Part shown: in pieces, positions 1 to 8,732 of the stretch
How the letters are laid out: each line of letters opens with the position of its first letter
Position numbering within the stretch: position 1 is the first letter of the stretch
From: an uncultured Candidatus Micrarchaeota archaeon
GTDB taxonomy: Archaea; Micrarchaeota; Micrarchaeia; Micrarchaeales; CABMGC01
Assembly (NCBI GenBank): GCA_963753785.1
Contig: CAVWDL010000007.1
Span: 1 to 64,000 of the forward strand
DNA: 64,000 nt
Direction: 5' to 3'
The notes under the pieces: model-generated
The model's input: the letters and a program-made list of their open reading frames with translations, nothing else
Told to the model about the DNA's origin: nothing
The model's database searches: none
Program-made: the position numbers and the translations under genes

Positions 1-421
1 ATCTGGAGTACAGGACGTCGGGATTGGCTTCCGAGGACGCCAGCGCATTGTCGGATATGGTAGCCCTGAAGCCCTCCTTCTCTGCAAGCTCTATGATATC
101 GGTGGCGAGGTAGTAGCTGCTAAGGGGTATGTCCCTGCGGTCGGTGAATAGGACCAATGCGAGGCGTTTCTCGCCCTCGGCCGAAACTCCTTCGATGGCA
201 AGCTTCGCCTTCGACCATCCCTTCTTGGCTTCCTCCTTAATCTCCGCCCTGAGGTCCGCCCCCTTCTTCCCGTTTTCCTTGTGCTCCACCTTAAGAGTGA
301 GCTCCTGCCTTACGGCTTCCTCGGCGCGATCGCGGACCGCGTTTGCGAAAGGCGAGGCGCCCGCATCAGACGCGGCCGGGCCCTTAGCGGTATTTTTCAA
401 AACAGCATCCCTATGTGGCAT
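1..421 (-). CDS. hypothetical protein, 5' part of a gene running off the window edge
   Basis: ATG is the reverse complement of cat at 419-421, and the frame is open to the window edge. The product is charged and K/E/A-rich (MPHRDAVLKNTAKG...). A promoter-like CTATTTATAG lies about 30 nt upstream on the minus strand (plus 448-468). Confidence 0.4.
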   Translation of the reverse strand, partial: MPHRDAVLKNTAKGPAASDAGASPFANAVRDRAEEAVRQELTLKVEHKENGKKGADLRAEIKEEAKKGWSKAKLAIEGVSAEGEKRLALVLFTDRRDIPLSSYYLATDIIELAEKEGFRATISDNALASSEANPDVLYSR

Positions 422-447
422 GTTATCCCCTGTAAAGCGTCGGTTCC

Positions 448-468
448 GGGCTATAAATAGATTTGCTT
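448..468 (-). promoter_or_regulatory. BRE/TATA-like promoter consensus (caagcAAATCTATTTATAGcc on minus strand)
   Basis: Matches the recurrent motif family seen across the window. It sits about 27-30 nt upstream of the ATG at 421. Confidence 0.4.
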
Positions 469-586
469 GAAAACTGCCCCTTATCTCGGGCTTCTCGGCG
501 TGTCAGGGAAAGCATAGTGGGGCTTATCACTCATCATAAGAGGAGATGAGGGAGGGCGACGTATTCCTTGGGATTCCTGCTTTGGG

Positions 587-970
587 TCAGGCCAGTTTAC
601 TCAACAGGAATACGTAGCTTCCGAACGCGGCAACGAACCCCAGGGACATGGCATAGGGGAAGAGCGGGTTCTGGTCCCACACGAAGAGCGCTCCCGTCAG
701 AGCGGATATCAGCACGAACAGCACGGAGGTCATCGAGCATGTCGCGGCCAGGGTGTTGTGCAGCCTCTGAGCGGACGAATATATCGCCAGGGAGAGCACC
801 ACGACAGTGAGTCCGAGAAGTACGTGCGTGAGGAACCCGAGCAGCGATAGGCCGGTAAACGTAAGAGGCGGAGTGGAAGTGAAGTTTACAAGACCGGAGC
901 CGAGAATGAACATCGCTCCGATTAGCATAACCTGGATTCCGACCAGCACTTTGAACTCTTTCTTGCCCAT
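587..970 (-). CDS. small integral membrane protein (about 4 TM), unknown function
   Basis: The ORF track frame is 587..1153. I trimmed the start to the internal ATG at 970 (MGKKEFKVLVGIQVMLIGAMF...). A TATATATA box lies about 25 nt upstream on the minus strand (plus 995-1004), and four hydrophobic segments follow. Confidence 0.5.
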   Translation of the reverse strand: MGKKEFKVLVGIQVMLIGAMFILGSGLVNFTSTPPLTFTGLSLLGFLTHVLLGLTVVVLSLAIYSSAQRLHNTLAATCSMTSVLFVLISALTGALFVWDQNPLFPYAMSLGFVAAFGSYVFLLSKLA

Positions 971-1105
971 CAGGTTAATAGAAAAATTCTTCAATATATA
1001 TACCTTCCCTGATTCCGCGGCCTCGGGGTTGAACTGCCGTTCATGCGGGAATCGCTCCGGGAGTTGTGCCTTAGCGCTTATAAAAGTTAACTGCAGATCT
1101 ACCTC

Positions 1106-1885
1106 ATGGTAACCGATCGCACTCCAGACTACGACAAGTACGCGAAGTATCATGTCGCCGCGGGGACCGAAGAAGACAAGGACACCAAGAACATCGCAGT
1201 GGGAAGGATACTGAAAAGATACAACGCAAAGACAGTTCTCGACCTCGCTTGCGGCACAGGCTCTCAGGTATTCTGGCTTGCGAGACGCGGCTATGAAGTG
1301 GTCGGGTCAGACATAAGCGCCGGAAGCCTCAGGATGGCTAGGCGCAGGGCCAGAATGGAGAAGCGGAGGATAAGGTTCATCAGGGGGGACATGCGAAACG
1401 TGAGGGCAGGGAAGTTCGATGCCGCCATATCCATATTCAACGCGGTCGGGCATCTCTCCAAGGCGGGCTTCGAGAAGGCGATGAGAAATGCATACGCCAA
1501 TCTTAACGATGGCGGAATCTACGCCTTCGACATAATGAACGCGCACATGAACGGGAGGCTGGAGGATGGGCTTCTGGTAAATTCCATAATACAATCGGGA
1601 GACACCAGGATCCACAAGCTCCAGGTGTGCAGGATCGACAGGAAGACGGGAATTGTGACCATGGACGAGGTGTTCTGCACTTGGAAAGGCCAGGGCAAAC
1701 TGAATGTTGGAAAGCCCGTCAGGTGGACGATGCAGATCTACGCCGCGAAGGAGCTCAGGGAGATGCTTGAAAGGAGCGGATTCGAGGTCATTGGGCAGTA
1801 CTCATGGCCGGATGGGTCAGAGTTCTCAGAAAAGGGTAGCGAGAGCATCCTGACGGTCGCGAAGAAGAGCGCCCCTCGAAGTTAG
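1106..1885 (+). CDS. class I SAM-dependent methyltransferase
   Basis: Motif I LDLACGTGSQVFWLARRGYEVVGSDIS and the post-I acidic loop are present. TTATAAAAG lies about 25 nt upstream. Confidence 0.8.
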   Translation: MVTDRTPDYDKYAKYHVAAGTEEDKDTKNIAVGRILKRYNAKTVLDLACGTGSQVFWLARRGYEVVGSDISAGSLRMARRRARMEKRRIRFIRGDMRNVRAGKFDAAISIFNAVGHLSKAGFEKAMRNAYANLNDGGIYAFDIMNAHMNGRLEDGLLVNSIIQSGDTRIHKLQVCRIDRKTGIVTMDEVFCTWKGQGKLNVGKPVRWTMQIYAAKELREMLERSGFEVIGQYSWPDGSEFSEKGSESILTVAKKSAPRS

Positions 1886-1976
1886 TGTCGGAAATCGCGC
1901 CCCCATCGGACATGTGAGGGGAGGGTCGCTATCCATAAGAACACGAACGCCCCAATACGCAATACGGAGATGAAGC

Positions 1977-2777
1977 ATGCCAACTCTTGAACTTGAAGGG
2001 ATCGATTCCGGCTACGACGGAAAGCCTGTGCTGCATGACATAAGCTTCACAGCCAAGGAATCGTCCGTTTACGTGGTTCTGGGTCCCAACGGGGCCGGGA
2101 AAACGACGCTCTTTCGCACGATAGCCGGAATACTTGATCCACTCAAGGGCAGGATTCTGCTAAATGGCAAGGACATAAACTCCTCCAAAGAGCTTAGGAG
2201 CAGCATAAACTACCTCTCGCACTTCAACGCTCTTCCCGAGGAGATGACGGTATACAAAGCCCTCAGGTTCTACGCAGATATGGAAGGCGGGGACCCTGAC
2301 GCGGTCATCGACCTTCTGGACCTTGGGAAGCTCAGGGACAAAAAAGTGGCCGACCTCTCGCAGGGGCAGAAGAAGAGGGCCTCGATAGCGAAGGTGTTCC
2401 TCCGGGAGAGGGATATATACCTCCTCGACGAGCCGACGGCTAACCTCGACCCGGCGCTCTCAAAGGAGATAAGGGATCTGATACTCAAGCTTAGCAAGGA
2501 CAAACTGGTCCTCTATTCGTCGCACAACCTCTATGAGGCCAGCGACATAGGCACGAATCTCATACTCATAAAAGACGGGCGTCTCGCGATGTTCGACAAG
2601 ATAGCCAACATCCGCTCGAAGAGTTACAGGGTGGGCATAAGGGCATCTGCAGATATAACAAAGATAGTGGATGCTAAAAAGGACAAGAGCGGATACTACG
2701 TGCTCACGGTCTCAAAGCCCGAGGAGGCGGCACATCGCCCTTCGCGAGATAGTGAAGAAGGGGATAATGGTCACTGA
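1977..2777 (+). CDS. ABC transporter ATP-binding protein
   Basis: Walker A GPNGAGKTT, ABC signature LSQGQKKR, Walker B IYLLDEPTANLD and an H-loop SSHN are all present. Confidence 0.85.
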   Translation: MPTLELEGIDSGYDGKPVLHDISFTAKESSVYVVLGPNGAGKTTLFRTIAGILDPLKGRILLNGKDINSSKELRSSINYLSHFNALPEEMTVYKALRFYADMEGGDPDAVIDLLDLGKLRDKKVADLSQGQKKRASIAKVFLRERDIYLLDEPTANLDPALSKEIRDLILKLSKDKLVLYSSHNLYEASDIGTNLILIKDGRLAMFDKIANIRSKSYRVGIRASADITKIVDAKKDKSGYYVLTVSKPEEAAHRPSRDSEEGDNGH

Positions 2778-2788
2778 GATGCGCGAGC

Positions 2789-3635
2789 TTGACAACCCGT
2801 TGCAGGAGCTGTTCGGAAGCGAGGGGAAGTGAGATGGGGGAAAGGACGCAAAAGAAAGGCATACTGGATTCCCCTTCGGTAGTCACGGCGCGGAGGGCGC
2901 TTGGCATCACGAAGACCTATATCGCATTGACAATCTTCATCTCGCTGATTGCGATAGTCGCATGGGGAAATATCATGTACATCGGAATGGCGGGTTCCAC
3001 ATCCGATCAATAGTATCCAACACAACGTCGAACACGCTGGCGTCAACTCCAACAACTCCACTGCGCAGTGAAGGGCTGAAGGCAAGTCGGGGACGCCCCT
3101 GCTGGTGGTGCCGCTCGACGTGGTTCCTCTGCTCATGCTCGCGACGCCCGTGCTGTTGCTCTTCGTGTATGACAAGAACAACGGCGTGCTGGAGTACCTG
3201 CTGTCGCTCGGCATGACGCAGCGCGACATATACATGCGCTACCTCAAGGCGATGCTCCTGCTCGCATCGGTATTTCTTGTCATATTCGTCCCCGCGACCC
3301 TCGTCTACGGCTATTTGTGTACGGCGCAGCGCGGTTGCAGAAATCCTCCCCATCCCACTGATCGCGGCTCCCTTCTCGCTGGTCGTGGTCTCATTCATGG
3401 CCATCGCGATGATGGCGTTCAGCTCGCTGCAGAAGACAAGGGCGGGCAGCAACCAGCCCCTGGGCCTGATAATCGGATGGCTCGCCACTATGCCTGGATA
3501 CCGGTGCCTTTCCTATTCACATTCAAGGCGGGGATATACGCGGACCTCGTTATCGCGGCGGCAATAGGCCTTGTCGTGTTAGTATTCCTCAGGTCATCAG
3601 ATAAGCTGATAAAGAGGGAGAAGTTCCTTCCTTAG
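2789..3635 (+). pseudogene. ABC-2 type transporter permease, reading frame interrupted (at least 3 frame changes)
   Basis: The ORF-track pieces 2789..3013, 3105..3635 and 3277..3567 lie in three different frames. Each encodes permease-like TM segments (ATPVLLLFVYDKNNGVLEYLLSLGMTQRDIYMRYLKAMLLLASVFLVIF; IPLIAAPFSLVVVSFMAIAMMAFSS; IPVPFLFTFKAGIYADLVIAAAIGLVVLVF). The combined length of about 280 aa fits an ABC-2 permease downstream of the ATPase. Confidence 0.5.
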
Positions 3636-3970
3636 AACTTCTCCGTCAGCCCGTCCAGCTCAAAGTCCTCCTCCATTGTCTTGCCCTTTCCCTTATTCGG
3701 GTCTCGGGCTATCATGTCCCCCAGGTTCGCGATTGAGCTCTCGAACCTCAGCACGTACAGCAGCGTGGCGGCCATGAGCGCCACCGCGATCACGTACTGG
3801 TAGTGGACTCCGTACCTCAGGACGAATACCACACCGGCGGATGCCATCAGGAAAGCGACCTGATGGCGCGCCAGCTTGGCACGGAAGCCGTACTTCTCAA
3901 GCACCCTCCTGTATCCCTGCAATTCCTCTACAGATATTTCTTCTCTCTTAGATTCCACATTCCCACCCAC
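3632..3970 (-). CDS. small membrane protein (2 TM), hypothetical
   Basis: GTG start per the ORF track. There are two hydrophobic helices. A promoter-like CAATGTTTATTAAGG lies on the minus strand at plus 4058-4075. Confidence 0.4.
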   Translation of the reverse strand: MGGNVESKREEISVEELQGYRRVLEKYGFRAKLARHQVAFLMASAGVVFVLRYGVHYQYVIAVALMAATLLYVLRFESSIANLGDMIARDPNKGKGKTMEEDFELDGLTEKF

Positions 3971-4157
3971 TCAGCCGCGCACTGCCGAAAGTGACCTCGA
4001 TCATTCCGGCCACCGGAGCACGCTTCCCACATTCCCTATCGTATTCTGAGTTCCCTCCTTAATAAACATTGACCTCCGCTTAGACAGGCGTCACAGTTTT
4101 TGATCCCTCCCGGCGCGGGAGGAATCCGGGCCGTCCACTTGCGCCATAAGGAGGAGG

Positions 4158-5225
4158 TCAGTCCAGGACTCCGGGCTGGAAGAAGTCAGCCATAGGGGTC
4201 GCGTTGAGGTCGTTCCTTCCCAGGGTGCCCAAGTGGAATATGTCCTCGACAGTCGCGAGAAGGGAGTAGTGGTTGTAGTAGACGTCGGACTTGAAGCCGG
4301 GCTTTATTATCGAGGGCGGGCCTATTAGCAGTGTGGCTATGTGGCTCTCGCCGACGGATCCCGGGGGATCGATCGCCCCCTCGTCGAATGTTATCGCGAT
4401 CACGGAGGAGTTGAAGAAGCTCGAGTCCATTATCCTCGGAAGGAAGCCCGAGAGCCATCCGTCCGCGTACTCGATGTTCGTGTCGTGCCCGTCGTCGTTG
4501 AGGTTGGGGGTTATGAAGATGAAATTCGGGAGCTTGCCCGAGTCGAGGCCGGCGTAGAAACGGGTGAAATTCACGATGTGCCTATTGCAATAGACGGTGT
4601 TGCTCGTTATCCTCTCCATGTAGACAAAGGGGTTGTGCCAGTTGGCGTAAAGCCCGTCCTTGCTGATGTCGGTGTAGCAGGGGGAGGGCATGGACTCCTG
4701 GTATGCCCTCCATGAGACGTTCTTCTCCCTCATCAGGTCCACCACAGATGTGTCGGGCCTCTGGTTCAGGCCGACCGGGCCGGTGTCGGTTATGTTGAAC
4801 GTCGATCCCGCTATCAGGGCGATGTAGTTCGCCTCGGATGGGTGCGTTATGCTGAAATAGTTTGTCGCGAGCCCGTATCTTTCCGCCAGGCGGTTCAGAT
4901 ACGGCGCGGTGTTGTTGGATATGACGTTCGTATACGGCTCGTTCTCCAGCACTATGACGAATACGTGCTTTATTGCGCCCGTTTGTGCTGCGCGGAGGGC
5001 CACTGAAGGGGAAATTGTTGTTGGGGACGATGCCGCGGTGGCCAGGGAGGGGAGATGGAAGCCAAGGGCGTCGGAAATGCTGCCGTGGGTCCAGGCCAGC
5101 GCCGCTAATATTGAAGCTATCACTGAAACTGCCAATAAGATGCTCAGCAGCAGGTTGGACTTCAAAATTTCGCCTTTGAGATTATTAAATAATAAATAAT
5201 AAATTCCTTTTGAACACCGCTTCAT
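4158..5225 (-). CDS. phosphoesterase family protein (phospholipase C / acid phosphatase AcpA-like, PF04185-type), secreted or membrane-anchored
   Basis: The ORF track frame is 4158..6347. I trimmed the start because the N-terminal part overlaps the plus-strand glycosidase gene. The ATG at 5225 (MKRCSKG...) has a TATA (TTTATTTAAGCG) about 27 nt upstream. An alternative in-frame TTG at 5165 has its own AT-rich box and would give an ideal signal peptide (KSNLLLSILLAVSVIASILAALAW). The motifs HVFVIVLENEPYTN and PNLNDDGHD are typical of the PLC/AcpA phosphoesterase family. Confidence 0.65.
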   Translation of the reverse strand: MKRCSKGIYYLLFNNLKGEILKSNLLLSILLAVSVIASILAALAWTHGSISDALGFHLPSLATAASSPTTISPSVALRAAQTGAIKHVFVIVLENEPYTNVISNNTAPYLNRLAERYGLATNYFSITHPSEANYIALIAGSTFNITDTGPVGLNQRPDTSVVDLMREKNVSWRAYQESMPSPCYTDISKDGLYANWHNPFVYMERITSNTVYCNRHIVNFTRFYAGLDSGKLPNFIFITPNLNDDGHDTNIEYADGWLSGFLPRIMDSSFFNSSVIAITFDEGAIDPPGSVGESHIATLLIGPPSIIKPGFKSDVYYNHYSLLATVEDIFHLGTLGRNDLNATPMADFFQPGVLD

Positions 5226-5294
5226 GGGCAATGCAATAAAGCATGCGCTTAAATAAAACAAAACACAATGCTTATTCCATTTGAAGGGGAGTAG

Positions 5295-5717
5295 ATGACA
5301 GCAATAGGGAACAGGAGCAAACTTGCAAACTCGGAGACATGCCAGAGTTGCGCCAAGTGCTGCAAGGAGTACGTCCTTTACGACACCCTGGACTCGGCGC
5401 TCAGGTTCGGATGGCTTCTCGACGACGACATTGCCATAGGGAACACCCCCTTTACGGTAGATGGCGGGAACGAAGTGAAGCAGATTACCTTCAAGAAGGA
5501 ATGCTCCAAGCTGTGCACGAAAGACGGGAAGTACTACTGCTCGGTCTGGGACAAGGAAAGGCCGGACTTCTGCGCGACAACCCCTGACAACCTGTTCGAA
5601 GGAGTGGAGAAGAAGGACAGGGAAAAGATACAGGCGATAATAGACTTCGAGAAGAAGGACTGCCCGCTTTTCGAAAAGATGACCGTCGATGACGTCATCA
5701 AGAAGCTGTGGGAGTGA
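5295..5717 (+). CDS. YkgJ/UPF0153-type Cys-rich zinc/iron-chelating domain protein
   Basis: The CxxCxxCC motif (CQSCAKCC) is followed by further Cys residues. A TATA (CTTAAATAAAAC) lies about 40 nt upstream. Confidence 0.5.
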   Translation: MTAIGNRSKLANSETCQSCAKCCKEYVLYDTLDSALRFGWLLDDDIAIGNTPFTVDGGNEVKQITFKKECSKLCTKDGKYYCSVWDKERPDFCATTPDNLFEGVEKKDREKIQAIIDFEKKDCPLFEKMTVDDVIKKLWE

Positions 5718-5780
5718 ACTCAAAGTCACGGAATCGGACTTTGCAGACAGGAATATATACCCGTTCAAAGCAGAATTATT

Positions 5781-6902
5781 GTGTCTTTCAAGGTATTGGG
5801 CGGCAAATTCAACTTTGGAGTGAACATAGACGACATGTGGAGGTATGCCGGCCTTCCGGACCCGCCATCCACAGTCATACCCTTTCTTCTTACCGAAAAA
5901 ACGCACAACGGAAGGTTCAGCCTTCCCTCCGGAGACGGCAAGGAGACAAGGAAGTACGAGTCCAGGGATTTCACGGACTCCCTGACGCTGGAGGAAAATA
6001 AGCACGACACCAAGAAGCTGGCTAACGAAGTGGCCGGTTTCTTGAAGAGAAGCAGGATCGACTACGTGAGATGCTGGTTCCCATGGAACTTCTTTGAACC
6101 GAGCATCGGGAGCAAGTATCGGTTTCCGCTTGACATTTTTGTGAACGAGATGAATGATGCAGGGATAGGAATAATCGCGGTCATAGGCGACGGATACGCG
6201 CGGTTCCTTCCAAAGAATACGAAGACAGACGAAATCAACGCATACAATAAGCACCTCATCAGGTCGTCTACGGAGATAGTGAGGCACTATAAGGACAAGA
6301 TCAAGGTCTGGCAGATAGAGAACGAACCCGACTGGTGGAAAGCCCATGTGGTGGCGGGCTGGCGCTCGGGACTGATGTGGCTCTTCGAGCAGAACCAGGA
6401 ACCGGTGCTCAGCGCCCTCTCCGAGGTCGTAAGGAACGAGTGCCGCAATTCAACGGTCGTAATCAATTTGGCGTCCAGCGGACCGAACGTCAGGTGGGAC
6501 ATGTATTCGAAATACTGCGACATCGTCGGGATAGATCCCTATCCCAGCTACGTAAGGCCGGACATGACAGACGTATCCGAGATAGCCAAGGTGTCGCGCG
6601 AAGCCAACAAAGCGACCGGACTTCCAATCTACATAATCGAGACAGGATATCCGACAGGCCCGCATTTCCTCGGATTCGATGAGGGGCACCAGTCAAAATA
6701 CGTCACGTCCGCATGCGAGTATGCGACTTCGAACGACGAGGTCAAGGGGCTTGGCATGTACAGGTTTTCGGACAGCTACTGGAAGTCGTTTCCCACTCAG
6801 GAGAATTACTTCGGGCTGTTGACGGTGCAGGGAGAGCCCAAACAGGGATGGCACGAGTACGTAAGCCAGATAAAGAAGATCAAAGGCAAATCGGAAGGAT
6901 GA
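5781..6902 (+). CDS. glycoside hydrolase, clan GH-A (GH5-like TIM-barrel glycosidase)
   Basis: The acid/base motif WQIENEP and the nucleophile motif IYIIETGY are at the expected spacing. GTG start per the ORF track. Confidence 0.6.
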   Translation: MSFKVLGGKFNFGVNIDDMWRYAGLPDPPSTVIPFLLTEKTHNGRFSLPSGDGKETRKYESRDFTDSLTLEENKHDTKKLANEVAGFLKRSRIDYVRCWFPWNFFEPSIGSKYRFPLDIFVNEMNDAGIGIIAVIGDGYARFLPKNTKTDEINAYNKHLIRSSTEIVRHYKDKIKVWQIENEPDWWKAHVVAGWRSGLMWLFEQNQEPVLSALSEVVRNECRNSTVVINLASSGPNVRWDMYSKYCDIVGIDPYPSYVRPDMTDVSEIAKVSREANKATGLPIYIIETGYPTGPHFLGFDEGHQSKYVTSACEYATSNDEVKGLGMYRFSDSYWKSFPTQENYFGLLTVQGEPKQGWHEYVSQIKKIKGKSEG

Positions 6903-6964
6903 GCCAAGGCTTAACTGGCGGAATTCGAGAAGAAACGCTTCTCTATGCGCCGCGTTGGAGGGCG

Positions 6965-7135
6965 CTATCTCTTCTTCTTGAGATTTCTTAGCTTCTTCTC
7001 CCCCTTTCCTATCCCTTCCCTGATCCTTCCTTCGGCCTGCTCCATCTTGCCCTTGAGCTGCTCCTCCTTGTCTTCGGTCAGCTTTCCTATCTCTTCGCGT
7101 ATCTTTCCCTTGATTCGCTTTACCTTCCCCTTCAT
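6965..7135 (-). CDS. CsbD-like general stress response protein
   Basis: A 56 aa K/E/G-rich protein (MKGKVKRIKGKIREEIGKLTEDKEEQLKGKMEQAEGRIREGIGKGEKK) matches the CsbD-family pattern. I chose the ATG at 7135 (GGAG-like spacer) over the track GTG at 7162, because the TATA (TTTATTAATCG) is about 40 nt upstream. Confidence 0.5.
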   Translation of the reverse strand: MKGKVKRIKGKIREEIGKLTEDKEEQLKGKMEQAEGRIREGIGKGEKKLRNLKKKR

Positions 7136-7305
7136 CTCCTGATCTACCACACAATCACACACCTCTATTGGGACTATCGATTAATAAAGTAGGTGAAGTT
7201 TACTTTTACAAATCACGGCATGCTTCTGCGACATGCTGGCGGAGACATTCAAAAACAAAACATTATAAAACAGCGAATCCGATACCACTATGGATAGGGG
7301 GTTTT

Positions 7306-8202
7306 ATGAAAATATATAGTAGCCTTAGTGCTGTTGTCTTCGACGTTTTCTTCGCTGCCGTGGCGGGAGTCATAGTATTTCCGCTCGGCATATACTCGAG
7401 CATCGCTGCCGCCGGGATCGTATTTCTTGTGCTGCTCGCGAGTTCGATAAGGATCATAAACCAATGGAACAGGATGCCCGTCCTCAGGCTGGGAAGGTAC
7501 ACGGGCATCATAGGCCCGGGGTTCCAGATAATAATACCCTTCATAGAGACGACTCCGACGGTCCTCGACCTCAGGGTCATAAACACCACCTTCAGCGCGG
7601 AGCAGACGCTGACCAAGGACAACGTGCCAGTGAACGTGGACGCGATACTCTTCTGGGAGGTCAGCGATCCGGAGGCGGCCACGTTGAAAGTGCAGTCGTA
7701 CGTCAACACCGTGCAGCTCGCCGCGCAGACGGCCCTCAGGGACGTGATAGGCAAGAGCACGCTCTCCGAGATGCTCGCGGGCAGGGACTCCATAGGCAAG
7801 GACATCAACGAGCTCATCGAGACAAGGGTTTCCACGTGGGGCGTCAAGACCATATCGGTCGAGATACGAGACGTGAAGATACCCCAGGAGCTCCAGGACG
7901 CGATGGCGAAGGTCGCCACGGCGGACAGGGAGAAGATGGCCAGGGTGAAGCTCGCGGAGAGCGAATCGCTTGCGGCGGACAAGATGCTGGAGGCCGCGAA
8001 GAAGTACGAGAAGGACCCGTACGCCATGCAGCTGAGGTCCCTAAACATGATGTACGAGATCAGCATAACGGGGAAGAACCAGATAATCTTCATACCGACC
8101 GAGTCTAGGGGTTTCAGCGTGCCAACGCCCATAGGCGTCCTCGGCATCGAGCAGATAGGCAAGATGAACAAGAAGCAGAGCGCTACGAAGGAGGAGGAAT
8201 GA
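7306..8202 (+). CDS. SPFH/band-7 family protein (stomatin/prohibitin-like)
   Basis: An N-terminal TM is followed by an SPFH core (FQIIIPFIETTPTVLDLRVINTTFSAEQTLTKDNVPVNVDAILFWEV...) and a coiled-coil tail. The start was moved to the ATG at 7306, with a TATA (CATTATAAAAC) about 35 nt upstream. Confidence 0.8.
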   Translation: MKIYSSLSAVVFDVFFAAVAGVIVFPLGIYSSIAAAGIVFLVLLASSIRIINQWNRMPVLRLGRYTGIIGPGFQIIIPFIETTPTVLDLRVINTTFSAEQTLTKDNVPVNVDAILFWEVSDPEAATLKVQSYVNTVQLAAQTALRDVIGKSTLSEMLAGRDSIGKDINELIETRVSTWGVKTISVEIRDVKIPQELQDAMAKVATADREKMARVKLAESESLAADKMLEAAKKYEKDPYAMQLRSLNMMYEISITGKNQIIFIPTESRGFSVPTPIGVLGIEQIGKMNKKQSATKEEE

Positions 8203-8206
8203 CTCC

Positions 8207-8677
8207 ATGGTCAATTCGGACGAATCGCTAGGCATCCTCATCATATCGGCCTTCTATCTGCTAGGGGGCCTGCTGTTCATGCCATCGGCGATAGCCGCGT
8301 TCTGGGCGTACGGACATGGGACCGCGGGTTCTTACGGACTGCTGCAGCTTTGCGCGATGCTGCTGGTGCTCGTGGTGATACCGATAGTTCTCGCCTTCAC
8401 GCTGTGGAAGGGATACAAGGTAGGCTGGCTTCTCGGAATGGCGTTCGCCGCATTCAACATAGTGCTTTACGCGCTTACTTTCTTCTCCCTTCACATATCC
8501 CTGTTTGAGGGGCCACCGATAGGAAACTCGGTGCTCGGACCCGTGGGCTACGCCATAGCGTACGGGATAGTCTATCTCTCGACGTACCTCGTCGCCGGGG
8601 TGGAGGTCATCCTCAGTGTGAGCCTGATCATTTACCTCATGAAAAGGGGAACGAGGGAATACTTCGGGCTTGCATGA
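8207..8677 (+). CDS. integral membrane protein, likely co-transcribed partner of the SPFH protein
   Basis: It begins 4 nt after the SPFH stop. It has 4-5 hydrophobic helices and no OB-fold like NfeD. Confidence 0.5.
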   Translation: MVNSDESLGILIISAFYLLGGLLFMPSAIAAFWAYGHGTAGSYGLLQLCAMLLVLVVIPIVLAFTLWKGYKVGWLLGMAFAAFNIVLYALTFFSLHISLFEGPPIGNSVLGPVGYAIAYGIVYLSTYLVAGVEVILSVSLIIYLMKRGTREYFGLA

Positions 8678-8732
8678 CGGCCATCGGGTTTTCGGCAAGG
8701 GCGCAGCCAGATAGTGCCCAAAAGATGAGAGT

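Noticed and set aside
129-470. 113 aa plus-strand ORF at window start
   Set aside because: It is antisense to a better minus-strand gene (1..421) that has a properly spaced TATA box. Its product is Ser/Arg/Ala-rich low-complexity sequence.
6693-7154. 153 aa minus ORF and 6713..6991 plus ORF
   Set aside because: They overlap the compact CsbD-like gene. Both are Arg/Gly/Gln low-complexity sequence and lack a promoter.
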